A program made the translations under genes and the position numbers. From the human T2T-CHM13v2.0 reference genome, Homo sapiens: 64,000 nt of DNA. Where the stretch lies: assembly GCF_009914755.1 (NCBI RefSeq), contig NC_060927.1. One strand, given 5' to 3'. Below are positions 27,144 through 42,229 of the stretch, in pieces; within the stretch, counting starts at the first letter, position 1; each line of letters begins with the position of its first letter. The notes under the pieces were generated by a model. That model was not told where the DNA came from. It did no database searches and saw only the letters and a list, made by a program, of their open reading frames with translations.

Positions 27144-28449
27144 TTCTAAGAACTAGTGTAAAGTTGTATATCAAAATTTGCTAAAAGATTAAATAAAATG
27201 TATCCTCTTGTTTTTTTCCCTTAAAATGTAATACTAATCAAAACTTTTTATTTCCCATTATTTACTGTGATATTTTAAGTGGATTCACTTTAACTGACTT
27301 TTCTCTGGTAACAAGTATCCTTGAATAATATGGACCATATGAATATTATTTTTTAAAAATAAAATGATACTTTAAAAAACTTAACAACACATCAGCAACT
27401 TTAATGCCAGTATTTATTCTTCTGTCATTACTTTCATCCTTCAAATAATCTGTTTAATCTATGTACTGTAATTTGTTCAATGAAACCATTCTTTTAAGAC
27501 ATTAGGCACTTGAGACTTTTATTAACTTCAACTTTGTAGACATTCTTTATTTTCTTGAGATGAAGTACTTTGTCAAAGTTAGTTTACTTTAAGCTTTTGA
27601 TATATATTTTCAAATAACCCTCCAGAAAAGTTTATAAATTTATCTTGCCATCGGTAGTATATGAGTATGCCAAATTCCCATGCCTTGCCTTTGATAAGTA
27701 TGATTATTCAATAACAGTGCTAGTTTCTTGGGCAAAAAGAAGAAACCCAGAACCTTGCTTTTTATTTCACCTTTCTCAACTGGTGAGGCAGAATGTATCT
27801 GCATATTTATTGGCTCTTCATGGCCAACTTCACTATAGAGTTATCCATGGAGGTTGTTTTTTATTTCCTGTGCATTCTGTAACTTGCATTTATTATTTGG
27901 TGTTTTTGAAAGAATAGTTAAGTTGTTTTACCCAGATCATGTTCATATTTTTAACTACTAAATACCTTTCCATCATATGAAATAACATATTTTATTAATA
28001 AGTTTTTCTATGATAGACTTTTGATTGTTTCTTTAATTTTGGGGGGGTATTACATAGATGCATTCAGTAAACATCCTTGAAATTTATTTATGCACATGTA
28101 CAAGAAACTCTTGAAGATATATGCCTAGAAGTGAAATTGCAGGGTCTTATTTTATGTAAACTTTGAATTTGACCATTTGATGCCAAATTACTCCCCAAAG
28201 TGACAATACTAATTTAAATTTCTATAGCAATGTAGATGGATTGTATCTGTCACATTAAGGAGATAATACTACAGAAGGAAGAACAAAGATGTTAAAGGAG
28301 AAAATACATAGGTATATATTTTTGTGTATATATAAATACCCTAAAGTTCAATTAGAAAGCTCAGAGGTTTTTGACCTTTTCATTTTGAATATTGCATCAT
28401 ATAAGTGATTGTACATAAATATATCATAAACCTCATATAAATATTTACC

Positions 28450-28743
<294 letters not shown>

Positions 28744-30749
28744 TTACCTAGCTGGGGAAAACTGGTAAGAGTTTAAATGGTCAGCTATTTAGTAGTGCCT
28801 TTAATGAGGACAGACTACAAGAGGAAGTAAACACCTGTTCGGGAGAACCAGGAAAGCACATCTGTCCAGCTCTGCCCCTGTCTCACCCATCCTAGGGTGT
28901 AGATTCTACCATTGGACAATTATTCCTTTTTGTCTTCTATTCTGTTAAAATTTAGAAGACTTTCGTTGGGGTAACTGCAAAGTAACACTGTGATATTAAC
29001 ACCCTAATGTGAATGAATATATGTGATCAATTGCTAGTGAGAGGCAGACCAGAACAGCGTGACACCACCAGAGGGTTAGTGAGGAAATGGCAGTGAGGTG
29101 GACATGGTTGGGGGATGGGCTGGATGATTTACTGAAAGAAACCTCTCCCACTTCCAACTTACCCTGAGGATGAATTCTGCATTTCTGCAGGGAAAGTAAA
29201 AAGAACTTTATGAAACTGTGTGCCTAAAAGCTTTCAGAAAACTGTTTTTGGTTTTTTATTCAATCATTATCTTCCCTAGATAATTATGAGTTAAATTTTC
29301 TGTGTATATTTATATAACATCATCTGGGGCAAGAAAAAACACTGTAAGGAATTCCATTTTGTGGCTGTGATTTACAATGTGATACCACTGATGAGACAGA
29401 TGTGTGATCTGCAGCCGGGATACACAAATCCATGCTGTGGGCTGACAGTTTAATCTTACTGAGCTGACACTGGGGAAGAAAATGCAAAACGTGTGTGCCC
29501 CAGGAAGGATGAGTGCCTGGAAAACAGGTGCCCATGACCTCGGGATCTAATGTGGCTATTTGCCAAAAGCCTCAAATAATCTTCTGACACTGAATCCTGG
29601 TGGCTCAGATAACAGTGTCCTGTGATATGGTTCCCTCTTTTTGGTGTGAAATGTAACTATCTCAAAGTGTGTTGGGTCATTTTCTAGTCTGTCAAGCCCA
29701 GATGACAGGATTCTGGTGAAATCTTTGGGGAAAAGAAAAATACCCAAGCCTCTTTACATGATGGTTTTGTTTGTTTGTTTGTTTGTTTCCTGAAGAGATC
29801 CCAGTATGTGTAAGCAGTGCTTCCAGTTCCTAAAACCTTTCTGACTTCCCCTTGAAAACCTCTGTCTCCAGCATCATTTCATTTTCCCTATGTAGCTCCA
29901 GCCTCAGAAAATATGGCAGGTGCTGCTTTTGTGTTTGTCTTACATGAATACAGTTTTGTTGCTTTGCTTCTTCTGAAAAGCAATTTATTAATCATTAGAG
30001 ATTTTGATTTACTAGAATGATACGTAAATAGTATTATGTTTGAGATGAGTATCTTTCTTTTACAGCTAATTATAAGAAAAATCAGAAATGTTGTTTTCAT
30101 TGTTTTAATCCTTGTTCAAAGTCTTTCAGAAACCCACCAATCAATTTTTCAGCTCTGTGGTCCAGAGGATGTCAGGTGCCTCTCCTAGAACTGCAGATCT
30201 TGCAGTCTGGCACTGGAATGTTGCTGAGATCCCCTAAAGGCTCCTTCATGCTCCCAGGTCTGAATCCTTCCTTTTGCAGGTTCCAAGTACCTGATGCATG
30301 TTCTTCCCACTCCCCCTGCCACCATCCACTTTCTGCTTGGGTTGCTTTTCCCTCAGGCTGCTGCTGATGGTGGATGGGGATGCAATGCTGACATTTTCCC
30401 CTTCTCTTTTATAAATGATCTGAAAGCAGCAAAGAGAATGAAAAACAAAAGACCAAACATTTTTCACAAATCTGAAAGATAGTTAAAATTGCTTCCCCAA
30501 AAGGTGGAAACATTGCTAGAAAAAGTGGGATCATGGGATGCATGGGAGGTACCTGGAAGGAGGCAGAAGGATGTGCTCTGCATGTTCAGTCAAGAGCACC
30601 TGAAGGTGAGATTTCCTACTGGAGTGCAACACCCAAGTCCCTTGTACATAGTGGGATAAGGAAGCCTGCAGAGGCAGCAAACACTTCCTGCTGTCCTCCA
30701 CTGCCCACCCCCGACCCCTGTACCACCCCGCCCCGACTTAGTGCCTTCT

Positions 30750-31550
30750 TTGCCTTTTGGCCAATCTCACCAGAGTTTTTACTGGTTCTTTTCAGACTTT
30801 CCAAAGAACCAACTTTTGACTTTGTCTTCTCTATCCTATCATTGTTTCTATTTATTAATCTCTGTTCTCATCTTTATTATTTCTTTCCTATTTCTTTGGG
30901 TTTTTTTTCTCTAATCTCTTAAATTTACATGATTAATTCATTAACTTACAGCTTAGCTTCTTTCCTATATATGCATTTAGGACTATAAATTTTTCTCTAA
31001 GTATTGCTTCAGCAGTGTTTTTATTTCACAAGTTTCGATATATAATGTTTTTGTTATTGTTCACATGTGAATTTTTAAATTTTTCATTATAATTTCTTCT
31101 TTGACTTATGACTTATATGTTTTTTCCTAGAACTTTTTAATATTTTTTTTTCTATTTTAATTCATGGTGACCAGAGAATATGGTCTACATGATTCCAGTT
31201 ATTTGAAATTTGTTGATGCTTGTTTTGTGGCCTGGTACATAGTTATTGTTCACAAATGTTCCATAACTTCTTGAAAAGAAAGTTATTGGTTGCAGAGATT
31301 CATATCTGTTTATTAGCTGAACTTAGTTAATTATGTTATTCAAATATTCCATTTTTTAACTGATTTTTTGCAGTTTGGTTAATCAGTTATTGAAGGAGAA
31401 GTATATGAAAGCCAATTTATTAATTTCATCTTGTGCTTTCCTTTTGTTTTGTATATTTTGAAGGTGCCTTTTAGTTTAAGTGTATACCATTATGAGAAAC
31501 CCTCTTAGTCTCTAGTAATACCTCTTGTTTTTAAGTCTGTGTTTAAGAGA
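30750..31550 (-). mobile_element. Old L1M ORF2 fragment
   Basis: AAAGAACCAACTTTTG... degenerate L1 ORF2 reverse complement. Confidence 0.6.
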
Positions 31551-31742
31551 GCTATACTATATTATATTTTTAAGTTGACATATAATAATTATACATATTT
31601 ATGGTATGTAGTGATGTTTCAATATATACGGTATACAGTGATCAGATCAGGGTAATTTGCATGTCCATCATTTCAAACATTTATCATTTCTTTGTGTTAG
31701 ATACATTCAATGTCATACTTCTAGCTATTTGGAACTCTATAA

Positions 31743-31967
31743 CAAGCTTGTCTGTGCCCCATGGGCTGCATGTGGCCCAGAATGGCTTTGAATGTGGCCC
31801 AACACAAATTCGTCAAATTCGTAAACTTTCTTAAAACATTATGAGATTTTTTTTTGCGATTTTTTTTTTCTCATCAGCTCTCATTAGTGTTAGTGTATTT
31901 TATGTGTGGCCCAAGACAATTCTTCTTCCAATATGGCCCAAGGAAGCCAAAAGATTGGATACCTCTG
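31743..31967 (-). mobile_element. MER30 (hAT-Charlie) with 8-bp TSD
   Basis: Matches recalled MER30; TSD CTCTATAA (31735-31742) / CTCTATAG (31968-31975). Confidence 0.9.
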
Positions 31968-32370
31968 CTCTATAGCATATTATTATTGACTATAGTCATC
32001 CTGTAATGCTGTAGAACACTAGAATTTGTTACTCTCATCTAGCTGTAATTTTGTATCATTTAACAATTCTCTCCCTTTCTCTACCCTTCCCAGCCTCTAG
32101 TATCCTCTGTTCTACTTTCATTTGTATGAGGTCATCTTGTTTTAGCTTCCACAAAGGAGTGAGAACATGCAGTGGTTAACTTTCTGTTCCTGGCTTATTT
32201 CACCTAATGTGATGTCCTCCAGTTCCATTCATGTTTCCACAAATGACAGGATTTGATTCTTTTTTTTTTTTATGGCTGAATAGTATTTCCTGGTGTATAT
32301 ATACACCTCATTTTCTTTACCCATTAACCTGATGTTGGACACTTGGCTCTTGTGAATAGTGCTGCAATAA

Positions 32371-32722
<352 letters not shown>

Positions 32723-34098
32723 TGATTTCTTCTCTTTTGAATAAATGCCCAGTAGCCCAGTAGTGAGATTGCTGGATGATACAGTAGTTCTACTTGTAGC
32801 TTTTTGAGGAACCTCCATACTGTTCTCCATAGTGGCTGTCCTATTTTACACTCCCACCAACAGTATGTAAGTGTTTTCTTTCCTCCACATCCTTGCCAGC
32901 ATTTGTTATTTTTTGTCTTTTTGATAATAGCCATCCTAACTGGGGTAAGATGAAGACTCATAGTGGTTTTGATTTGCATTTTCCTGATAATTAGTGATGT
33001 TGAGCATTATAAATATATTTGTGGAACATTTACATATCTTCTTTTGAGAAATGTCTACTTAGAGCATTTGCCTTCTTTTTAATGGGATTTTTTTTTCTGT
33101 TGAGATGTTTGACTTCATTTTATATTCTGGATATTAATTTCCTGTAAGATGAATAGTTTGCAAATATTTTTTTCTCATTCTGTAGGTTGTCTTATCACTC
33201 TATTTATTATGTATTGTTTCCTTTGCTTTGGAGAAGCTTTTTAGTTTGATATAATCCCTTTGCTTATTTTTGCTTTTGTTTCCCATGCTTTTGAAGTCTT
33301 ATCCATAAAATCTTTTTCCAGATCAATGTCCTAAAGTATTTCCCCTATGTTTTTATCTAGTAATTTTGTAGTTTTGTCTCTTACATTTAGATCTTTAATC
33401 CATTTTGAATTGATTTTTGTTTAAGGCGAGAAGTGGAGGTATAGTTTCATTCCTCTGCATATGGACATCGTTTTCTCAGCACCATAATTTAAGAGATTAT
33501 CCTTTCCTCGGTGAATGCTCTTGGTGCCTTTGTCAAAAATCATCTGGTTGTAGATATGTGGATTAATTTCTGGGTTCCTTATTCTATTCCACTTGTCTAT
33601 GTGTTTGTTTTTATGGCAATATTATGCTGTTTTGGTTATTACAGCTTTGCAGTATATTTTTAAGTCTGGTAGTGTGATGTCTCCAGCATTGTTCTCTTTG
33701 CTCTGGATTGCTTTGGCTGTTTGGGGTCTTTTGTGGTTCCATACATAGTTTTGGATTTTGTTTTCTATTTTTGTGAAGAATGTCATTAGTATTTTGATAG
33801 GGATTATTTCATTGAATCTGTAGGTTGCTTTGGATAGTATGACCATTTTAATTATATTCATTATTTTGAACCTTGAACATGGCATATTTTTCCATTTGTA
33901 TTCTCTTCAATTTCTTTTTATCAGTGTTTTATATAGTTTATTTTGTAGAGGTTTTTCACCTCCTTGGTTATATTTATTTCTAGGAACCAGGTATTTTGTT
34001 TTATTTTTTGTAGCCATTGTAAATGGGATTGCCTTCTGGATTTCTTTTTCAGATAGTTGATTGTTTGTGCATATTAATCCTACTAATCCGACTGATCG

Positions 34099-34408
34099 TT
34101 TTTTTTTTCTTTTTCTTTTTAACAGACAGTTTCTCACTCTGTTTCCCAGGATAGAGTGCAGTGGCATGATCATAGCTCACTGCAGCCTTAAACTCCTGGG
34201 CTTAAGTGGTCTTCTTGCCTCAGCCTCCCAAGTAATTGTGACTATAGGCATATGCCACCACATCTGGCTAATTTTTTAAAATTTTATATAGAGACAAGGT
34301 CCAACTATGTGGCCCAGGCTAGTCTCAAACTCCTGGCCTCAAGTGATCCTTCCACCTTGTATTTCCATAGTGCTGGGATCACAGGCATTGAGCCACTGTG
34401 CCCAGCCA
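34099..34408 (-). mobile_element. AluJ in L1MA
   Basis: AluJ diagnostics (GATCATAGCTCACTGCAGCCT). Confidence 0.9.
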
Positions 34409-36494
34409 GTGCTATTGATTCTTGCTTGTTGATGTTGTATACTACAACTTTATTGAATTTGTTTATCAGTTCTAAGAGCTTTTTGGTAGAGTATTTTGAT
34501 TTTTTGCTATATAAGATTATGTCATCTGCAGAGACAACTTGACTTTTTCTTTTCTATTTGGATGCCCTTTCTTTCTTTCTCTTGCCTATTTGCTCTTACT
34601 AGTACTTCCAGTACTATGTTGAATAAAAGTGGTGATAGTGGACATCCTCGTCTTGCACTAGTTCTTGGAGAAAAAGCTTTTGGCTTTTTCCCATTCAGTA
34701 TGATGTTAGCTGTGGGCTAGTCATATATGGCTTTATTTTGTTGATGCACTTTCCTTCTATACCTAATTTATTGAGAGTTTTTATCATGAAGGGATGTTGG
34801 ATTTCATTAAATTTTTTCATTGCATCTATTCAGATAATCATATATTATAGTTTTTGCCCTTCATTCTGTTGATGTGTTGCATTTATTGATTTGCAGGTGT
34901 TGAACCATCGCTGTATCCTTGAGATAAATCCCACTTCATCATGGTGTATTATCTTTTTGACATGTTGTGGGTTTTTTGTTTGTTAAGGATTTTTACATCT
35001 ATATTTATTAGGGATATTGGCTTGTATTTTTCATTGTTATTTTTCTGATCTGGTTTTGCTATCAGGGCTATGCTGGCCTGGCAAAATGAGTTAGAAAGAA
35101 TTCCTTATGCTTCAATTCCTTTGAATAGTTTGAGAATAGTTGGTGTTAACTATTCTTTAACAGTTTGGTAGAATTTAGTGGTGAAATCATCTGATCCTGA
35201 GATTTTCTTTTTTGGGAGGCTTTTTACTACTGATTCAATCTTGTTACTTTTTTAATTGGTCTGTTCAGGTTGTCTATTTCTTCTTGATGCAATCTTGGTA
35301 GGTTATATGTGTTTAGGAATTTGTCCATCTCTTCTAAGGTTTTAAATTTATGGGTATATAGTTGTTTATAATAGTCTCTCATGAGCCTTTGCATTTTGGT
35401 GATATCCATTGTGACATCTTTTTTGTTTCTGATTTTATTTATTTAGGCCTTCTCTCTTTTTTTCTTAGTCTAGCTAATAGTTTGTCAATTTTGTTTATAT
35501 TTTTTTAAAAAAACAATTTTTTGTTATCTATTGTATTTTTTTAGTCTCAATTTTGCTTATTTCTGCTCTTTATTATTTTTTCTTTCTACTAATTTTGAAT
35601 TTGGTATGTTTTTGCTCTTCTATTTTCTTGAGATACATCGTTAGGTTATTTATTTGAAATCTTTCTACTTTTTTGATGTGGGCATTTATTGCTATGAACT
35701 TGAGTCTTTATACTGCATTTGCTGTGTCATAGGTTTTGATACGTTGTGTTTCTGTTCTCATTTGTTTAAAATAATTTTTAAATTTCCTGCTTAATTTCTT
35801 CTTTTACCCATTGATCAGGAACGTGTTGTTTAATTTCTGTATATTTGTATAGTTTTGAATATTCTTATTATTAATTTCCAGTTTTATTCCATTGTGGTCA
35901 GATAATGTATTTAATATGATTTTTTAAAAAATTTTTTGAGACTTGTTTTGTGTCCTAACATATGGTCAGCCCTTGAGAATGTTATATGCGCTGATGAAAA
36001 GAACATGCAGCTGTTGGGTGAATAAATATTTATTAGACCCATTTGGTCTGGGGTGCAGTTTAAATCCAATGTTTCTTTGTTCATATTCTGTCTAAATGAT
36101 CTGTCTAATGCTGAGAGTGGGGAGCTGACATCCTCAATGATTACTGTATTGAGGTTTATTTCTCCCTTTTGATCTAATAATATTTTCTTTATATATTTAG
36201 ATGCTCCAGTATTGGTTGCATATATATTTACAATTATATTATCTTGCTGAATTGATTGGTCTCTTTATTATTATATAATGTTCTTTGTCTCTTTCTATTG
36301 TTTTTGGTTAAAGTCTGTTTTACTGATATTATATCAGGCAATATATAGAAGTATAGCTACTCCTGCTCACTTTTGGTTTCCATTCCCAAAAGGGAATATC
36401 TTTTTTCACCCCTTTACTTTCAGTCTATGGGTGTCTTTCCAGGTAAGGTGAGTTTCTTGTATACAGCATATAGTAGGGTTTTGCATTTTAATTT

Positions 36495-36802
36495 TTAATT
36501 TTTTGTTTGTTTGTTTTTAGAGACAAGATCTTGCTTTGCTGCCCAGGCTGGAGTGCGGTGGCATGACCATAGCTCACTCCAGCCTCAAACTCCTGAACTC
36601 AAATGATCCTCCCACCTCAACCTCCTCACTAGCTAAGAGTGTTCGCATGTGCCACCATGCCCAGCTTTTTAAAAATTTCTTTGTAGAGATGGGGCCTTAC
36701 TGTGTTCACTAGGCGGGTCTCAAACTCTTAGGCTCAAGCGATCCTCCCATCTTGGCCTCCCCAAATACTCAGTTTATAGGCGTGAGCCACCGCATCAAGC
36801 CA
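36495..36802 (-). mobile_element. AluJ in L1MA
   Basis: CATAGCTCACTCCAGCCTCAAACTCC..., GCTCAAGCGATCCTCCC. Confidence 0.9.
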
Positions 36803-37869
36803 GGTCTTATTTTTTTAATCCATTCAGCCAATCTGTATCTTTTAATTGAGGAATTTAATCTGTTTACATTCAAATTATTATTAATAGGTGAGAACTTACT
36901 CCTGTCAGTGTATTGGTTGTTTTCTTGATTGTTTTGTATATCTTTTATTCTTTACTTCCTCTGTTATTACTTTTGTTGCTGCTTGATTTTCTATAGCAAT
37001 GAGGATTGGTTCCTTTTTTTTCTTCTTTGTGCATTGCCTTTACCAGTGAGTTTTGTAATTTCACATTTGGTGAATGTGATGATAATTTCACACTTGGTGA
37101 ATTTCACATGCTGGTAGTTACTGTCTTTTCACTTCCCCATGGAAGATGCCCTTGAGCATCTTGTCTAGTGGTGATCAATTCCCTGTTTTTGCTTGTCTAT
37201 GAAAGATTTTATTTATCCTTCAATTCTGAAGGATAGCTTTGCCGAATATAATATTCTTGATTGGCAGTTTTTTTTTCTTTCAGTACTTTGGATATATCAT
37301 TCCATTCTCTCCTGTCCTGTAAAATTTCTGTTGAGGAGTCTACTCTTAGTCTCATGGGATTCCCTTATATGTGACTTGATGCTTTTCTCCTGCTGTTTTT
37401 AGAATTCGTTGTCTTAGACTTTTGACAGTTTGACTGTAACTCGCCTTGGAAAGGACCTGTTTGAGTGGAATCTATTTGGGGTCCTTTGAGCTTCTAGGTG
37501 TCGATGTCTATCTGTCTTCTAGGAACTTATGGAGTTTTCAGCTATTATTTTATTAAGTATATTTTCTACATGTTTCTTCTTCTCTTCTCCTTCTGGAATG
37601 CCCATAATGTGACTATTTATTTGCTTAGTGGTGTTCCATAAATTCTGTAGGCCTTCTCCATCCTTTTAAATTCTTTTCTCTCTCATTTTTTTGTCTGCCT
37701 GACTTATTTTAAAAAACTTATCTTTAAGTTCAGAAATTATTTCTTTTGTCCTGTGTTGTCTGTTGTTGAGGCTCCCTATTTATTAGTCTGTTGTATTGTC
37801 TTGTATATTACTGAGTTTTCTTAAGATTATGATTTTGAATTATTTCTGGCAATTTATATATATATATAA

Positions 37870-38615
37870 TATCTTTTATTTTTCCATAAGTTATTGGGGT
37901 ACAGGTGGTATTTGGTTACATGAGTAAGTTTTTAGTGGAGATTTGTGAGAGGCTGGTGGACCCATCACCTGAGCAGTATACACTGCACCATATTTGTTGT
38001 CTTTTATCTCTCGCTCCCCTCCAACTCTTCCTCCCAAGTCCCCAAAGTCTATTGTATCATTCTTATGCCTTTGCATCCTCATAGCTTAGCTCCCACATAT
38101 CAATGAGAACATACAATGTTTGGTTACCAACTCCTGAGTTATTTCACTTAGAATAATAGTCTCTAATCTCATCCAGGCCATTGCAAATGCTGTTAATTCA
38201 TTCCTTTTTATGGCTGAGTAGTATTCCATCATATATATATCAGAGTTTCTTTATCCACTCATTGATTGATGGGCATTTGGGTTGGTTCCACGATTCTGCT
38301 ATTGTGAATTGTGCTGCTATGAACATGTGTATGCAAGTATCTTTTTCAAATAAAGACTTCTTTTTCTCTGGGTCGATACCCAGTAGTGGGATTGCTGGAT
38401 CAAATGGTAGTTCTACTTTTAGTTCTTTAAGGAATCTCCACACTGTTTTCCATAGCAGCTATACTAGTTTACATTCCCACCAGCAGTGTAGAAGTGTTCT
38501 GTGATCGCCACATCCATGTCAACATCTACTGTTTTTTGATTCTTTGATTATGGCCATTCTTACAGGAGTAAGGTGGCATTGCATTGTGGTTTTGATTTGC
38601 ATTTCCCTGATCGTC
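37870..38615 (-). mobile_element. L1PB 3' end inserted in L1MA
   Basis: GTTATTGGGGTACAGGTGGTATTTGGTTACATGAGTAAG L1PB-type 3'UTR; ORF 38240-38443. Confidence 0.85.
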
Positions 38616-39087
38616 AGTATGATTGAGATCTTTTACTGTAGAATTATTGTGTTTCTTTAGATGTGTCATGTTTTCTTGCATTTTTATGTTTGATGTGTCC
38701 TTAGGTTGATGCCTACACATCTAGTGGAACAGTTGCCTCTTCCAATTCTATGGAGAATGTTTCACAGGGAAAGACTTATTTGTATTGATAGGTCTTGGGG
38801 TTTTGGTTGGGTGGTATGCATTCACTTTGGATTTAGCTGGACATAGTAATGTAGTTCCTGTTCTGTTTTTTCACTTGTAGTCCACACTAAAGATGTTTGT
38901 GAGTTTCTCAGTGTCCTAGGCTGTGAGAGGTTGTGGTGATTCTGGTGAGGCTGCTGGAAGTGGGCTTGCTGGGGTGTTTCTAAGGAGAGCTTGCATGCAC
39001 ATCGTGTGTTGGCTAACTTGAGTCCTGGCTCAATGGGGTTGGGGCCATGGGGCTGTTATTCTGGCCAGGGACACTGTACTTTTTTTT

Positions 39088-39248
39088 ATACATAATACCA
39101 TTGCGCACCTAATAGATTATAGCATAGTGTAAGCACAACTTATATGCACTGAGAAACCTAAAAAAAATTGCATGAGTTGCTGTATTGTAATATTTGCTTT
39201 ATTTTAGGGGCCTGGCACCAAACTCACAATTTCTCTGAGGTATGCCAA
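39088..39248 (+). mobile_element. Tigger1 3' end fragment
   Basis: ...CACAATTTCTCTGAGGTATGCC resembles the Tigger1 terminal region. Confidence 0.7.
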
Positions 39249-39269
39249 GTTGTGAATGCAACTGTATGT

Positions 39270-40830
39270 AGGCTCTTTCTAACATCCTGGCCTCTCAGTT
39301 CTTTACCTTTTCTGCTCAAATTATCTCTCCTCCACCTGGCCCTGCCACTCACTTCCACAGTTGTAACCTAGACTTTGTCATTCCTAGTAACTACCAGCTT
39401 CACAATCTGTTTCCTGCTTATGTTCTCTGACAACCAATCTTCAATTTCTAACCCTCTCTCTCTGACTTCAACTCTAAAAGTTCCTCAGTGTCTCTTTCAG
39501 TCTCTAACCCCAGTTGCTTGAGATTCTCTTATTTTGCCTTTTCCAGCTACTCTTTTGTGGTCTACCCTATAGAAAAACCTTCATACACCCTCACTTCACT
39601 TATCTCTTTAGGGCAATATTCTATTCACTTGGATGAACCATAGCACTGGTCAAATCCTGATCTTTACCTACTCCATACCTGCGTTTAGGATGCTGAATGT
39701 GGCTGGAGAAGAACTTACAGTTAACTGGCCTCACGTGACCATGAACCTCAGGTGGATCCTTGTTGCTGCCTGATAGTTCCCTAGTCCTTGTACTCTCTTA
39801 TTCTCTTCATTGATGTCTCACATTTTTCTCCTGTCTCCTCAAATATCTATACCTCGTCACCATTCTCACTCTTACACATTGTCCCGGTTTCCTCTCTCAC
39901 TGAGAAAACCAAAGCCATTGTGAGGAACTTTCACAGGCCTGCACCACTGTCTGCTCACCTGCCATATCTGCTGCCCTTTGTTCTGTGACCAATATGAAAT
40001 GTCGCTCCACTCCCTAGCCCTGGAGCCCACCTTCTTCAAATATTCAAGCATATCACCCTAGTAATTTTCTTCTCCTCTGAATTTCACTTTCCTTCTCTCT
40101 ACCACATGTTTCTCATGGGCTTACAAATATGTTATTTTTCTTTTCTTGGAAAAACTCCCTCTTTAGCTTACTTCCACTCCGAGCTATGGCTCCCATTTCT
40201 TTGCTTTCCTGTATAAAAAAGAAAAAAAACTGCTAAAAAAGAGTTGTCTAGACTCGCTGTATGCAAATAATCTTCTCCCATTCTCTCTTAAACCCATCCC
40301 TGCAGATTGCCAGCCCAGTTTCATCAACTTCACCGGAAACTTTCAAGATTATGAATGACCACCATGTTATGGAATACAATGTCAATTCTTAGTACTCATG
40401 ATACTTAAAATTTTAGCAGCCTTCGAAGCAACCAATCTGTTAATCCTACTTGATGCACTTTCTTCACCAGGTCTCAAGGATATACTCTTGCTTTACCTTT
40501 ACCTTCTAAATCTCTGGAAGTTCTTTCTCATATTCTGCTTGACCTCTTAGTGTTGGACTGCCCCAGGACTCAGGCTTTAATCTTCTTTACCTGTTTATTT
40601 ATCTTACCTCCTATAGACTCATCTTGTTTCATGGTTTTAATTACCATTTATGCCAGTGATCTTCAAGCATATCTATTTAGGCTGGACCTCTCTCCTGAAC
40701 TCCTTGAATGACCTACTTGACATCTCCCCCTGGATGTGCAATAAATATCTCCAAATCAACCTTCTAAAAGCTGAACTCCTGCTCTTCCCTCCAAAACTGT
40801 TCCGTTAGCATTTTTTGCATCTCTTAGTTG
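39270..40830 (+). mobile_element. L2 body fragment
   Basis: Pyrimidine-rich L2 ORF2 motifs (GGACCTCTCTCCTGAACTCC, CCTACTTGACATCTCC). Confidence 0.7.
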
Positions 40831-40904
40831 CCTAGGTCCCAACCAATATAATCATTATTTTCCTGTGAATACAATACATTTATTTGTGGCTTAAAACTTT
40901 TTCT

Positions 40905-41249
40905 TAATATAAAATTATTAATCCCATATTTTACCTTCTTTTTAATACTTATTTTTGAAATCTGGTGCATATTTTTCAATCATGGCACATGTCAATTTAG
41001 ATATAAATTTTTATAAGAATTACTTGATTTATATCTATATTTCATAAAATACACAGTTGAAAAAATAAATCAGTATACCTATGTCATTCTACATATATTT
41101 ACACATTTCTAATAGCTGAATTGAATATCACTTGAAATTCTAATTAATTAAAATTAAATTCAATTAAAAATTCAGTTTAGTTGCATTAGCTATGTTTTAC
41201 ACACTCAATAGCCACCTATGGCTGGTGGCTCTCGTATTGGACAGTGCTG
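40905..41249 (+). mobile_element. Charlie-family hAT 3' end
   Basis: Terminal AATAGCCACCTATGGCTGGTGGCTCTCGTATTGGACAGTGCTG. Confidence 0.7.
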
Positions 41250-42229
41250 GTAGAACCATCTTGTGGGATGGTTTATAAGTTTCTGGGTTTCTCATGTATG
41301 TAAAGAAAAGATAACCTAAAATTAAATATTCACAACCAAGTTAAAGGAAGAAGTTAGAGTTGTTTGCATTGCACCTGGCACCCTGTTGGTCAGAAGGAAG
41401 TTGAGAATTTTAATGTGGGAAATGTTGGAATGTAGAAAATAAGCACATCTGCGAGGAATCTCTTTCTGCTGCTTCTGCACTCTTCTTCCTCTCACCCTGT
41501 GTGCATTCTCTGCATCATGAGAACATGGCTTTATTTATGTTCTGGAAATGGTTTTAGTGTTTCCTTTCTGAATAGGGAGGAATCTTGGGTTACAACACAG
41601 AATATGTTTGTAACAACCTGGCACAAATTTTCTTCAAGTTATTCTTCTCCAAATTTGTTAAAGAACTTCTCAAATAATTATCTTTTCAGTGGAAATGGAT
41701 GTCTTACATTGCTTCCTTTCTTCCTATTAGAAATGTGAGAAATTCACTTAATTGCCAGAGAGAGGCACAGAGACTGAGAGCTTGTATTTTTTACTCTTTT
41801 AGATTCATTAAACTGAAGTAGGTCTCAAAAAAGCTTTTTGGACTTGAGATGACATGCATTCAATACTTAATATTTACCATCAGATAAATTTGATAAGGAG
41901 GACAAATTTTAAGAAAACACTAGCAATCTCTAGCATGGGGAGTTTGGAGCACGTAACACTCATTTCTTAAGTAGGAAAAAATGAAAACCTAATTAGCATC
42001 AAAAGCAAGTTTTGTTTTTTAAAGACTTTATACAATTGTTTAGGGTTCAATCTGGAAGGAAAGAAATAATTTTAGTGTAAAGCAGTGCCCCCAATGAACA
42101 CACACAAGTAAGATGATTGAGCAGTAGGAATGTTGTCCTCTATGCCAATTTTTCCCCATTCAGGTGGCTTCACTGTTTATATATTGCATTTCAGGCAGGT
42201 GCCTGAATATATATCTTTAGGAATATGTA

